The notes: a model not told the origin generated them from the sequence alone. A stretch of DNA of 64,000 nt from Piromyces finnis finn (GCA_002104945.1 MCFH01000019.1:793074-857073), one strand, 5' to 3'; positions 39,496 through 55,122 are shown, numbered from the stretch's first letter. Numbers and translations are program-made.

Positions 39496-41639
39496 AAACG
39501 TTTTTATCTTTCTCAAAAAGATACGATTTTTTTTATTTAAAAACTATCTATAAAAGTTTCAAACTTTATTCTAGTATTATTTTAGGTTGTTGGTTTGTGG
39601 TTTGGTTTGTTCGTTTCCTTAAATAAGAGTTTAAATAAATAATTTGTTTTTGTTTTACTTTTTTTTTTAAATAAAAGCTATCAAAGAATTGAAAAAAAAA
39701 AGTTTTTTTATACTATAAAAAAAATAATTTACTAAAAATATTTTACAAAATTAGTTTTAAAATTTCTTTTGAAAAAAAAAAAGTTAAACGTTTTTTTATG
39801 AAAAAAATATTTATATTAAATAAAAAAAAAAAGAGGTTTATCTATATTTTTAAATAAACAATTCTTGTTGAATTTTGTTTTTTTTTTTTCCAAAAAAAGT
39901 TTTCTATACTTTTTTTTTAAAAAAAAAAAAGGTATAAAACTTTTAAAATGGTTTTAAAAATTAAAATATTTAAAAGTTAAAAAAAAAACTATTTAAAATA
40001 CAATTTTTTATTTTAAAATAGTTTTCTTTCTTTTTTTTTTCTTTTACTTTTGGTGGTGCCTTTTTTTTTTTTTTTTTTGTTACTTTTCTTTTCTTTCTTT
40101 TCTATAAACCCTTTTATAAAAAAAATAAAAGAAAAAAAAATAATTTTTTTAAAGAAAAATTTTAACTTTTTAAAAAAAGAAAAAACTGGAAAAAAAATTA
40201 ATTTATGAATTAATAAAAAAAAAAAATACTTTTTTTTCAGTTTTTATATTTTTTTAAAAAACTATAAAGAAATAAAATTTTAAAAAAAAATGCTTCATCA
40301 TCAAATGAATTGATAATAAAAAAAATAAAATGAATTTTAATTAGATATTTAATTTATTTCATTATAAACTCTAATTATTATTATTTTTAATATCGTTGAC
40401 TTTAAAAAAAAATACATTTTAATCTATTCAAGAATAGGATAAATAATATATTAAATTTATAATCCTTTTATTTATTTACTTCATATTATCAATACAATAT
40501 ATAATCTATAAACAATATAAAATAATATATGAATTTATCATTAAAATTCTTTTTTGAACAATGTAAAATTCATTTTTATAAAATTAAAGTTTATATATGA
40601 AGTTATTTAATGTAGTACAAAATGTTATTTAGGATGAATATATTTTTCAATATATTTGAATTTATTATATAATTTACTTTTTCATATATAAAAATTTATT
40701 GTCTAAATAGACAAATTTTAATTAAATAATATATCACATCAGAGTACTGATAAATTAATTTACCAACATATATTACAATTTAAATTTTATATATGAACTT
40801 ATCTATTGAAACTAAAGTTATTTACAATAATAATTTAATTAATATACTTTGTGAATTGTACTACATTATAAATTATATCCTAATTAAAATAAATAGTAAA
40901 TATTTATTAAACATATATTAACCTTATCTTATAATTTTTGAAATTTAAATTTTTTAGTATTTAATAAGGTTATATTAAAAAATTAAATTAAATTTCTTTG
41001 ATAATAAATTTTATTTTATAATTTAGTTTTTTATAAAAAAATGCTTCATGATTGTTCATTGACTATCCCTATAAATTAATTCTAATTAGAAATATAAACA
41101 GATATATAGGATTAATATATATAATATATATTAATATATAATGGATAAACTTTTAAATTTCTTTTAAAATGATAAATTATCCATTTAGAGATAAATTTAT
41201 TAAATTAATAATTAATATTAGACTATAAACTTTAAATAGTATTTTTTTAAAAAGAAAATAAATAGGATATATAATAAAATGAATTAATAATTTATTTATC
41301 AGTATATTATGTGATATAGTATGATATAAATTAAATAAAAAGGAATAAATGCTAATTCATTTTATTATTAAAGAATTATTTATTCTAAATTAAAAAGCTT
41401 ATTTATTATTAAACAAAAAGTAAACAACTTTAAAATGATCATTCAATTCATAATATATCATTTAAATATATTAAAAAAGAAAAATGACGATGGCTTGAGC
41501 CATTTCTTTTTTTTTATATCAATACTATTAATAGCTCTAGATGATAGAAATGAAGCTGAGAATGTTATAATGTTGCTGAAATGAGGTTGTTACAAAGATA
41601 TTGTAATAATAATGACATTATAATATTATTGTTAAGTAT

Positions 41640-41771
41640 TAGCATTAAGAATGTTGGTACCAGCAATATTAGTATTAGCATTAATATCATTAGTGTTGGT
41701 ACCAGTAATATTAGTATTAGCATTAATATCATTAGTGTTGGTACCAGTAATATTAGTATTAACATTAGTAT
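41640..41771. repeat. 42-bp minisatellite (~3 copies), possibly a decayed N/T-rich coding repeat
   Basis: GGTACC recurs at 41656, 41698 and 41740. One minus frame reads NANTNITGTNTNDI repeats but is bounded by stops. Confidence 0.75.
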
Positions 41772-44700
41772 TAGGAATGCTTTATTGATAAAAATGATTA
41801 TATTGAAAACTTTTTTTAATCCTACACTCCCCAACCTACCATAAAATTCATGAAATTCTTTTTTTTTTTGCTAGGCAAGATTATCTTTAAAAAAACTTAA
41901 AAAAGTTCATAGGATGAGACATTCTAAATTTTTTTTGTTATATTAAAAATAAACTTGCCATTTCTTCTTGCTGTTATAATTTTAATATTTTCATCATTTT
42001 TTTTTTATTTATTCAATTGTACAAGTAGAGTTGAATATTAATGGATTAAATTGTAATTAAATTGTAATAATATGTAATTCTATTTATTTCAATATACCTG
42101 TTAATAAAAAAACATATTAATTATATAAATATAATAATTATATATAAACAAAATATAATAATAATTATATATAAATAAATAACTATATAATAATTATATA
42201 AATATAATAATAATAATTAAATCTATATTATAATAAAGTATTAATAAAGTGCAATGAATACTAATAAAGCAGTTAAATATTAGGAGCAATTAACAATTAA
42301 TAAAGCAATTAAATATTAATAGTAATAAATTAATAATTATTTATTTCAGATAGTATTTATTTATTTCATAAAAGTTTTTTTTTTTATTAATTCAATAATT
42401 AATATTTGAATATTAAATCAGCATTAGTGTTATTAATTATTAAGTCATGGCTAGACTTTCGAGCGTCTTTTAACCTCACACAAAGAAGAAAAAAAAGGCA
42501 AAGAACAAATCATTTATAGAACACTTTTTCTTTTATTTCATAGGATATTATTAATTTGATATTGTTTTATTCTTTCAATAACTTTTGCTTTTATTTATGT
42601 ATGTATATAAGATAATTAAATTAAAAAAGAATGAATTCATTCTTTTAATTCGTAAAACGCTTCTTTTTATTATCCTTCTTTCTTGCTTTCTTTTCTTACC
42701 TACCATGCATAATTTTTTCTATTTTCATTTTATTTTAATATTCTTCCTATCAACGATTTGTTCCTACCTTTGATGAATACAAATATTATTAATTGATTAT
42801 TAATATATAAGAATTTATAATACAAATTAATTTTATGGATTAAAATTTTATTAAATAAATTAAATTAAATTAGATACTTTTAATATAGAATTAAATTTTT
42901 AATAATAATGAAAATGGCAATTGAAAAAAAAAAATTGTCACTTTTTATGCAAATGATAATGTCTTCTCTCTTTTTTTTTTCTCTCTCTTTCCATTATACC
43001 TCTAAATATTTAATAGGATTTATTATTAAAAAAATAAAAGATTTAGGTATAAGCATTGTTACCTTTTTACCTTTTTTAGACCTAAAGAAAAGCCTTTAAA
43101 AAAAATAGTACAGATAAAACCTTTAAAATTGTATAGTATATATTAAATAATAATATAAATATTTTATGGATTTATTCATTCATTAAAAAATAAATTAAAA
43201 ATTTATTAATAATATAGAAAAAAAGGTTTAACCAATAATATGATCCAAAAGTTAATATTATTATTCATTTTATTTGAGTAACACTTTTTAATTAAAAAAA
43301 AAACTTCTCCAAAAACTGGAAAAAAAATAAGAATTAAAATTTATTAATAGTAATAGGAAAGAGTATCATCTGGGTAATACAACAATTTAAAAAATATAAA
43401 ATAATTTAATTAGTTTATTTAACACACAGCGTACAACGCACAACACCTTTCATAAGATCGAGTTAAGAATCCAGAAACAGAAGATTTTTGTGAAATAAAG
43501 ATATAAATAAATTAATTTAAAATTAAAACAAATTGTTCTTCTTAAAAAATAAATACATCTAAAACATTCTATATGCTAATAATTTATCCTCTTATTTTTT
43601 TTCGGAATAATTCCCCTTTAAAAAATAATTCATAAAGAATGCATAAAATAAATATCAAATTGAATCCAAAGGGAATAAAATGTATAAAAACTAAAACAAT
43701 AGCATAAGATAAAAAAAAACAATGGCCTACTCGAAAAATAAAATTAAAAAGGACAATTTTTATCATAAAAAAAAAAAAGAATAAGAATTAAAGTTTAAAT
43801 TAATGAATTAACCTTAATTAATAATGAAATCAACATTTTTTATGATGAAAATATTAAAAATTTAATTTCATTAGAACAATAGACATTTCAAAAAAAAATA
43901 ATCATTAATGTTTATTTTTAATTTATTTTGTACTCTCATTATTTTTAATAATTTAAATGAATTAATTAAATTTTTAATTAAAAATTGATTGTACATTTTT
44001 TATTTTTCTATTGTTCTAATCCCTTTTCCTTTTAAAAGTGTAGATAAATTAATTCTAATATCAATTTATTATACGATCCTATATCCTATGGTTCAAAAGA
44101 GGTAGAAGGATAATATCATTTAGTATCATTATACAATATCATTCCTATGATAATAATTAAGAATTTTAAATAATACAAGGAAAATAAAAGTAATTTAATG
44201 ATACTAATTCTATAATTTTATTCTATTAATTTTTAATTTATTAAAAAAAATTTTTTATTTTTCTTGTCACACCTTCCAATTTATTTTATCGACCAACCAT
44301 TTGATCTTTAAACTAAATTTGGGATAGTTTTTTTTTATTATTTATGAATACTATATAAAAAATGACTATGGATGAACATTTTTTATCCTTTTTTCCATAG
44401 AATAAATAAGAGTGATATTATTATTTATTAAACTTTTTTATTTAGGTTACACCATCTGTTTATTTCATGCATATTAAAATTTATTTTTTTAAATATATCA
44501 TTTTTGAAATAACAATTGAATATCAATGAATATATTTTTAAATAATAAAAAAAAAGGTAATGCTTACGTGTGTCATTTCCTATACTACCGCAAAAAATAA
44601 ATGAATTATTATTTCATTAATAATAATAAAAAAAAAAAGAACAATAAAAGTTTTCTACAACAATGTACTCTTTCTTACATACCATTTTTTTAATTTTTGG

Positions 44701-47090
44701 AATATAAAAAAAGAAAAGATGTCATTCTTTATTAGAAATTGGGATAAAATATGTCATTATTCCGTGATAATTTTATTGGAAATTCATAAATATCTTTTAT
44801 TTTCCATAAAGGTATTACTTTAAAAGTGACCTTCTTGACCCATCAAAAAAGATAATAAATTTATTTATTTTGTTGATACTTGATACCATAATTAAATCAC
44901 TTTTTTTTTTAAAACTTTTAAAAATGGCCTGTTTTTTTTTTTGATATTCTTAATCTTATTTAATAATATTGTATTTTGTTTTATTATTAATAGATAAATA
45001 TAAAAAAAAAAAAGTTCCTTTTATTTTATTATTATTATCATTATCATTATTTTTTATTATTATTTATTTATTTATTTTATTTTTCATACTCCGTTTTTAA
45101 TTTCATTTTCAAAGTTTATTACTATTATCCAATTTTTAATTTTAATTTAATTTTAATTTTAATATAAAATAAACTTTTTTAAAAAAAAAAGTGTAACCCA
45201 AAAGATTTTAATTCCTATTAAAATGTTTTTTTTTTATTTTAAATAATTAATTTAATTTAATATTAAAAAAAAATATCCATAAAATGTCGATCAATTTTTA
45301 AAAAGAAATTTTTATTTATATTAAAAAACAAGTAAATGATGAGGCTTTTTTTTTAATCATTAAAAGGAATATTTATTTTGCTAAAGTTAATGCTTTTTTT
45401 TTACTAGATATTAATCTATTGATATAGCATTGATGATAGATCATTGATATTTTAAAAATGATCTTTTTTTTCTTTCAGAGTTGTAACACTTGTTCATCGT
45501 TTATCTTTTACTAAAAAATACGTTTTTAGCTAATAGTATGAATAAGGAGTTTTAAAAGTCATTATTAAACGTTGTAATAATTTTAGTGCAACATTAATTT
45601 AATTATTAAAAAAAAAAAGAGTCTAGAAAGTCTTTTTATTAAAAAGTTCCATTCTCATTAGTTATAAAGTAATACAACAACAAAATGTTTTTTTAATAAT
45701 GGAAAAATAAAAAAAAAAAATTAAATTTCATAAAACACAAAAACAGTCACACAAAGAATTTTTATTTGTCAATGGGAAGAAGGGAGGTTGGGAAATTTTT
45801 TGGTTGGCTAAAATAAAGGCTTTGATGATAACTAGTTTTTTTTATTATTTATGAAAAGCCAAAGTTTATTAATGAATGAATGTCATTAATTATTATTAAT
45901 CGTATTTTTATTTTTCACATGTTAATTATTTTTAATCTAGAATTTTTTATAAAATAATAATAAAAAAAAAAAGATAGATATAAATTAGAAATAATAATTA
46001 AATAGGGAAAAAAAGTAGTTAAGAATATCCAATATATCCATATATCTATATATATTTATATATATTTATATATATTTATATCCATATATCTATATTGATA
46101 TTGTTATAATTTTTTTTAAAATATCTTTTTCTTCTTTTTTTCATTATTAAATAGTTCAAAATCAATTAAGCGTCATTCAACCTTTTTATCGACTTTTATT
46201 ATAAAAATCGTTTAAATAAAAAACAAATGATAATATATTTAATAATATATTAGTTTATATTAATATATATTGTAATAATATATTGAATCAAATTTGATAA
46301 ATTTAAAAAAAAAATTTTTTTTTGTTGATTTTTACACCATCAAAAATGAAAAAAAACGGCCAGTCCAATTTGAATCAAAGCTAAACAATTTTAATATTTT
46401 TTTTATTACCAAAGTTTATGGTAAAATTTTTATTCGTATAAGAAAAGCACTATTGTCAGTTGAATAAAATTATAATTGTTGTTGTTGTAAAATAAAATAA
46501 AAAATAATAAAACTATTTGATAATAAATTTTATATTATTTAATTATTTAAATCTTGTTAATTAAAAAAAAAAACATTTTATTTATATAGAAATTGAATTT
46601 TACATAGCCTCCATTGACTTTAAAAAATTTTGATTTCTTTTTTTTTTTTTAATAGAATAAAGTGATTTTTAATTTAAATAATAAAAAAAAAAAGGTCAAT
46701 GAGCTTTGAAGGTATCTTAATATAAAGAATACAGGTTTAAATATTTGTAAATTACTATACCTTTTTTCCATATATATATAAATAATAAATAGGCTTTCTT
46801 GGTTGTAAGTTATTATACTTTTTTATTAAAATTACAAATTTATTGATGATTATTATTTATGATTAAAAGAAATTACAACTCCAACTACCATTATTCTTGT
46901 TAGTATTATTATTGTTGTTGTTGTCAAACGGTTCATTTTCAAATTATTTATTTTTGGGAAAAAAAAGGCTTAAATTTTTGTAAATTATATACATTATTTT
47001 TTTTACAAATATAGAAACTAATAAATGTGGTAGGATATATAAAAGGAAGGTTAATATGATGCCATTTTAATCATTATTAATTTAATATAA

Positions 47091-47095
<5 letters not shown>

Positions 47096-47132
<37 letters not shown>

Positions 47133-47133
47133 G

Positions 47134-47168
<35 letters not shown>

Positions 47169-47169
47169 G

Positions 47170-47231
<62 letters not shown>
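47096..47231 (+). repeat. Interrupted (ATT)n microsatellite
   Basis: A long ATT run broken twice by ATGTTT, followed by degenerate ATT/GTT runs to ~47480. Confidence 0.9.
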
Positions 47232-50182
47232 GATAATAATAAGGATAATATACTACTATTAATAGTATTATTAAATAATATATAATTTATTATTCAGCAT
47301 AAAGTAATAGCATATATATTATTTATGATAATTTATTATTATTATATATTATATATTATTTATTATTGTTTTATTATTGTTGTTGTTTTTATTATTATGT
47401 ATTATATATTATTATTATATATTATTATTATATATTATTATTGTTGTTGTTGTTGTTGTTGTTTATTGTTATTGTTTGCTGTACATCATTATTAGCATAG
47501 AAGAAGAATAGAATATTCTTTTTCATTTTTATGATCATGGTGTTTTTTTTTTTAATAAAAGCTGATGAAAATGATAAGAATATTTTCAAAAAAAAATACA
47601 CTTTACTATGTTAAGATAATATAAAAAAGAAATGAAAGACATCACCTTTAATATACTTTTCTATACAAAAAAAGAGTAATTTAAAAAAAAAAAACTTTTT
47701 TTTTATATTCAATTTCTAATCAATACTTTTTTTTTTTTTTAATAATACTTCCATTGCAATTTTAATCATTTTCATCTCTCCAACCAAAAAAGGATGATTC
47801 ATGTTTTTATAAAATATAAAACTTTTATATTTATTATGAATTAAAATTCTATTACATTTTTCCTTTTTTGGATGGATTCTTTTTTCTTTTATTGAAAATA
47901 AATTAATGTTGTGTAACCATTAAATCAATAATAGGAAAAGAGTCATTTTTTAAAAAAATAATTTAAATTCAATTTCTATTCATAAATTAATTCCTATAAT
48001 TGAATAGAAATGAATTGAATGGTAATATATGTAATATATATGGTAAATAATTTATTTTATTTGTCTGTGTAAATGAAAAAGTAAAAACACAATTTTTATA
48101 GTAGTAAAAAAAGGAAAATTATAAAAAAAATATCCGATAAAGGTGATGGAAAATATTGTAAAAAGCAACTATTTTCAATACTAAAAAAATACCTTTTTTT
48201 TAAAAAAATTATTAAGATATCAAGAATATTTAAAAGAATTTCATTAAATGTTTTTTTTTTTCTGTTGGTAATAATTTTTATTTCGATATTATTATTTTAT
48301 ACAGAAAAAATATAGTTTAATTTCCTTCCCATTTATAGTTATATTTGTATAGAATAATAGAAATGACAAAAATGACATAATACCTTACAATACCAATTTT
48401 TTTCTATTAATTTTCTTTTCTGTATATGGTATAAAGAATAGATATAGGATGCACATGGTATAATTTCAATGAGTTCATGATCAAGTAGGTAGAATGAATG
48501 TTACTACCCATCTTAATAATACATTTCATGTATTTTATATAGGATAATAATAGATGATTTAAATAACAAGAAAAAAAATGGTATTATACTATTATATCTT
48601 AACAAAGACAACGACATATTCATTTCTTTTTTTATTTATTTCTTAATATCATTCTTTATTAAAAAAAAAAAAAAGGTAGATTCAACTTTTTTTTGTTTTA
48701 ATCTAAATTTAAATAAATATTAATTAAAAGGGCTACTTTTTTTTTATAAATTAAAAAACAGAAAAAGAGCATGACAAAATTCTTTTTTTTTTTTTTTCAA
48801 AATTTAATACTTATAATAGTAACGGCGGTAATAATACAATAATCATTTATTATTGTTGTTGTTAATAATAACATTTTATTATTGTTATTCTATTTAATAC
48901 ACTTTATACCTTTCACACTTTCCAGGATGATCATGTTATTTATTCTAAAAAAATTTGTATACATTTTATTGTTAATAATGTATACATTTTTCTAATGTTA
49001 GACATTTTAGACAGGTTATGATGATGATGATGATGATGATGATCTTTTTTACTTTTAAGAAATTTTTAATTTAATGATCAATATCATAAGTCACTTTTTA
49101 AAACAAAAAAGGTAAAATGATCAATTAACTTTATCAAAAAAAATTTTTTGTTTGACATTTGATACGAATGAATAAAGAGAGCATGTTTCATCAAATAATA
49201 TTGACCTTACATAGACCTTTACAGACTTATAGACCTTTTCAGATAACCTAAGGATAAAATGTTTCTTTAAAAAGGTTAAATTTCAACCAATTTAAAAAAA
49301 AAAAGTTGTGTGACTAATTTTTTTTGGGGATCCTTTTCATATAAAACAAAGTTTTATTTCTAAAAAAAAAGTTAAAAAAAAAAAATTTAATAACCTTAAA
49401 AACTTAAAATTCAAATATTTCCTTTGTACTCTTTTTTAAATAGAAATTAAAATTTAAAGAAATGTCATCTGTAAACTTTATTTATTATTAAAATGTTAAG
49501 TATTGTTTTCACGTTGAAAAGAAATTATTTCATTATTTTTTAATTAAAGCTTATTTTTCTTGGAATAATTTTTTTTGGATGTACAAAAGAAATGAAATTA
49601 AATGAATCAATAGAATTAATATATTAAATTTAATTTAATAAAATTAATTTAATCTAATTTAATTAATTTAATTTAATAAAATTAATTTAATAAAATGAAT
49701 AGATTATTTCATTTCAAGATTACTTTTGTACCATAGTTAAATGTTATATATACCATGAGTTTATTATAATATAATAATAATTTATGTAGATTTATATTAA
49801 TGAATTTATTTATCATATATTATAAATACACTAAGATCAAAATATGAAAAGATGTTTTTTTTTATTTTTTTAAAAATTATATACAAATTTTTTATTTAAG
49901 AATAATACTAAATATTTTAAACCTTATTTAATAATAAATGAATTGAAAAGATTCTGGACTTTTTAAATTTTTTTTTAAAAAAAGAAAACTTTTTTTTAAT
50001 TGAATCCTTTTTTGTCATTTGTTCAAAAAAGGTAATATTTTTTAGAATAATATTAATTTTTTTAATATTTTGATTTTTTGACCAAAAAAAAAAAATTCAA
50101 AAGGATTAAAAGGTTTGGAAGAACAGTTTTTTTTTTATGATAAAATAATATTATATTGAAAAATTAAAAAGATGAACAAACA

Positions 50183-50346
<164 letters not shown>

Positions 50347-52733
50347 CTTTAAATTTTTTCTATAAAGGTTAAAAAATGAAAATATATTAATTTGTATTTT
50401 ATGCTATAAACTATGAATATTGACAACTACTACGATCTTAAAATTATTTTTGTATTATTAGATTCCTTTTTTTTATTTTATTTTATTTTATTTTATTTTA
50501 TTTTTAGCATTATTGTAATAATATTATTATATAATGGGTTTAAAGTAAATGAAATTAGTTCTTCATCATGTTTCAAATAAAAACAAGACCATTTTTGGTT
50601 AGTTCTAACCAACTGTTGGCTGTAGTGTAGTTAGGTTATGGTAAGCATACTTTTCGAGTGTTATTGTAAAAGTAACAAAAATTACAAAAAAGTATAAACT
50701 ATATATTAGAATGTATTGTAATATATTCAAAAAAAACAAAAAAATTAAAGTAATTTAGAATATTCTAAAAAAAAATTTTTTTGTTACTTTTAATGAATGA
50801 AAAGAATGTAAAAAAAGTAATCTTTTTTTTATTTTAATTCTTGTGAAAGAGAGAGAAATAAAATGGTGTAATACTATAAATAATGATTGAAAACGTCATT
50901 ATCATTACTAATAAATAAAAAGTTTGTAAAAGTAATAATTATATAATTATCATTTTTAATTAAGAAATAAAAAGATGAATTAAAAAAAGGTTAGATTTTT
51001 TTTATATTCATTATACACACAATTCATGGCTATAATTTTTAGTAATGGTTAATAATAAAGTAATCTCAAGATTCATCCAATATTATCGTGTATTAGAAGA
51101 ATGCTATGAACAAACCTACTTTTAAATAATTATTATTTCTATCTATATAAAAGAATATTCAAAAAAAAAAATAATTTTATTTGTTCTTTTGTTAATTTCT
51201 ATTAATATTTTTTGTTTTATAGAATATTAAATTTGATATAAAAAGTAGAATAATAAAAGTAATTAATAGATAATAATTAATAATAGTTATAGTAATAATA
51301 ATAGTAATAGTAATTATTAGTAATTAATAACAATTAATAATAATTATAGTAATTAATAGTTAATAATAATAGTATTAGCGATTAATAATAATTATAGTAA
51401 TTTATAGTTAATAAGGTTTAACATTAAAACATTAAATAATAATCAAAAAGAAAAGATGATGTTGAGAATGATGAATTAGAACTTATTCAACTTTTATAAA
51501 TATTAAAGTTTTATGGAACTTGTTCGATTTTTCGATAATGAATCGTTTTTTTAATTCATATATTTATTAATTATTATTTATTTTTTTGTATAAATTAAAA
51601 ACTTTAATAATTTTATATTTTAAAGAAAAAAGAAAAGGATCTTTGTTAATCTTGTTATAATAAAGAAGAATGGAATGTTTCATAAATAAAACATTCAAGG
51701 ATATTTTCTCTTTTTTTTTTTTAATCCATCTCACTTTATTACTAATTTTTTAAAAAAGACATTTTTTTATATCTATAGAAAAGTAGACTTGTGAAAAGGT
51801 AATAATGATGAATTGATTTAGAGATTTATATTAAATAATAATAAAAAGAAAATAGGAAATTTTTTTATAGAAAAAAAAAAGGTAATTTAACCATTTTTAT
51901 ACATAAAAAAATATTATAAATTTTCTATAGATATGGAAAAGTACTATAGTTTTTTTTTTTTTTTTTTGTTATGTTTCAATTGAATAATAAAATCATTTTT
52001 TATTTAATCATCTCTTCTAAAGATACAATGTTAGATGATAAAAAAAAAAAAAGAAAAGGATTTTAAAAAGTATTATAGTTATAAAAAAAGGAAAATATTA
52101 AATGTATATTTCTCTAACCCTTATCTATTATTAAATTTTGTTTTTTTTTAATTAAACCAATTTTAGCAACATTATTAACTTGCATTTTTTGAAAAGAGAA
52201 AAAAAAAATAGAGAAACAAAATTCTTATCATTTTATAGTTTTATTTTGTCTTGCTTTTTTTTTTTTTTTTTGAGGGAATATCAAAGGAATGAACCGAATT
52301 TTTAAAACCTTTTTAATAATCCATAAAACCATATTGTTAATCATTAACCAGTAATTCTATTAATTCTAGTAGTTTAAACTTTAAAAATAAAAAAAAAAAG
52401 TGATTTTTTTTTAATATAAAGAAATTGGTTTCCAAGAATAATAGTAAGGAAGAAAAAAAAAGTTTTTAATAGACTTGGCTAGACTTTTTTTTAATATTTA
52501 TTAAATAGCAAATATTAATATTATTTATTATGAATTGTCTTTTTTTTATTTTTTATTTTTTATTAATATTTCTATAATTGTATTAATTACTTTTTTCTTT
52601 TTGGAATACAAAAAAAAAAAAAAGAAAAAAGAGATAATAAAATAAAAAAATGAATAAATAAATATTTCTTTTTATATCAAATCATTTCATTATTATTTTT
52701 TTTTATTTTTTATTTTTATAATAATAATAATTA

Positions 52734-52734
<1 letters not shown>

Positions 52735-52795
<61 letters not shown>
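52735..52795 (+). repeat. (AAT)n microsatellite, ~20 copies
   Basis: Direct reading. Confidence 0.9.
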
Positions 52796-53180
52796 GACAT
52801 AATAATAATCAAAAAATAATATTATTGTATTTTTTATTTTTTTTTTATTTTTTTTTTAGTTTTTTTTTATTTTTTTTATTAATCCATCGATAACTATCGA
52901 TTATAAAAAAAACCCAAATTTTTTTGATCTTTTTAAAAAAGGTTTAATTAAATTTTTTTTTTTAAATATAACCAAATTTGTTCATCTGTCAAAAATTAAA
53001 ATTTTTTTTTTTAATATAGATTAAATCTATTAAAAAAAGTTTAATATTTAAAAAAAAAAAATAATTAAAAGATGATCATTTCATATTTTTTTTTTTTTTA
53101 TTTATTCTGAGAGAGGAAAAAAAATTATAACTATAATTACTATTAAAATACGTTTTTTAGAATTTCAAAAATAATACATA

Positions 53181-53361
53181 AATATTTTTATTTTATTTTT
53201 TATTTTTTTTTATTTTTTATTTTTTATTTTTTTTTATTTTTTATTTTTTATTTTTTTTTATTTTTTATTTTTTATTTTTTTTTTTTTATTTTTTATTTTT
53301 TTTTATTTTTTATTTTTTTTTATTTTTTATTTTTTTTTATTTTTTATTTTTTATTTTTTTA
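53181..53361 (+). repeat. Degenerate (T5-10A)n repeat
   Basis: About 180 bp made only of T runs punctuated by single A. Confidence 0.85.
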
Positions 53362-54815
53362 TAAAAATTTTTATTTAAATAATTTATATTTTTATGGTAA
53401 GAAAAGGCTTTCATTTTTTTATTTATAAAATTTTATTTCCAAAAAAAAAAAATAGAAAATTAATTTTTTTTTTAATTTGCTGTAACAAATGAACTTAGCA
53501 TTAAATTTAAAACTTAAAAAAGTTTGTTTTACCCAGTAATAAAAAATAAAAAAAGTTGAAATGAAGAAATTTTAAAGATGTTAATCTTTTTTTTTTTATT
53601 TTAGTTTAATCTTTCATTAAATACTTTTAATTCGCAAATAAAATAAAAAAATACTTTTTTTTTAGTAATAATAAAATTGAATAAATCAAAAATTAGAGAA
53701 GATTTATATTATTACTGCCTTATACATTGCATACATATTGAATTACCAAAAAAAAAGTTTGCTCATCATTATGGTAAACAAAAAAAAAAAAAAAAAAGTT
53801 AAAACATTTAATTAAATTGATAATAAATAAAGTTTTATATTTATAAGTTTATTATTTTTTAAGATTTAAAAAGTCATGTTATTTTAAGGAAAAATTTAAA
53901 AAAAGTATTATAAACTATGAATAATTGATAGAAAGATATCTTATAAAATGATAGAAACAAAAAAAAGGAATTTGATTACAAGAATTATTTTATATCATAT
54001 ATATAAATATTCGTTTATTCAATTAATAGAGTAATATAATAATAAATAAAATAATTGGTAAAGTCTTTTTTTTTATATATATAATTAATAATAATATTTA
54101 ATTTTATCCATCTGATGTCCTTTCCTTCTTTATCAAAAGTTGAAATAGAATCGTTTTTGGATGTTAATTATAAACTTTGTAATAGGAAACTTTTGTTGAT
54201 GTTAATAATAAGAATTATAAAATAAAATAAAAAAAAAGAGTTTTAATTATTCATTTAATAAAACACAAATAAATTAAAAAAAAAAAGGATACACTTTTAT
54301 TTTTGGCAATTATGATAATATATATAAACCTATTATTATACTAGAAGAGATATAATTATTCAAAAAAAAAAAAAAGATCTATTTTTGACTAGTCCATTTG
54401 AATACCAAAAAAAATAATAGATTTTAAATATACTTTTTTTTTTGAAGTTAATTTCGTTTTTACTTTTTATTATTTATCATTATTTGCTTAGTAATTTATA
54501 TATACATTAAATATTTTTTTAGTATTATTATTACAAATTTCTTTATTATATATATATGAATAAATTTTAAGATTTAATTACATTTTGAATTTTCAATTTA
54601 TATATATAAAGATATTTTCTATCTATATATCTAAATGATAATAAAATTAGTATTATTTTTTTATCCATTTTTTTTTTCTATCTATTGGAAAAATTCATAA
54701 TTTATATTTATGCCAGAATTATAAATACATAGTAATAGGTATAAATATAAATTCTAAATAAAAAATTTAAAATATATTGAAAAGATATTAAATAAGGATT
54801 AATATCCTTTTCTAT

Positions 54816-54921
54816 AGTATAATAGACTATACAATATAGTTGTTTTATCTAAAGATTTCAAATATATAAGTATAATAGACTATACAATATAGTTGTTTTA
54901 TCTAAAGATTTCAAATATATA
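54816..54921. repeat. Perfect 53-bp tandem duplication
   Basis: 54816-54868 is identical to 54869-54921 (AGTATAATAGACTATACAATATAGTTGTTTTATCTAAAGATTTCAAATATATA). Confidence 0.92.
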
Positions 54922-55122
54922 AAGTATAGAATTTTTTAATTTCAATATATTTTAAAAGTCTATAAATTGTATATATATTTTTTAATATAATTATAATTTA
55001 TTAAAATATTTATTTGCTTGGTGTTGCATATTTTTTTTCTTCTTCTTCTTCTTCATTTAACAACAGTAAACAAATTAAATTATTTGGATTACTATTTACG
55101 GTAGTTTTTATTTTTTGAAAAA

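Noticed and set aside
43420-43495. GC-richer island with ACAACACCTTTCATA and a downstream ATTTTTG, superficially like a U4atac/U6atac-related snRNA
   Set aside because: The expected stem I/II pairing sequences are absent and Sm-like ATTTTTG is common in this genome. An Infernal scan would be needed.
50618-50660. Possible tRNA gene
   Set aside because: Only a D-arm-like segment is present, with no T-arm GTTCRA or acceptor stem. No tRNA or rRNA gene could be supported anywhere in the window.
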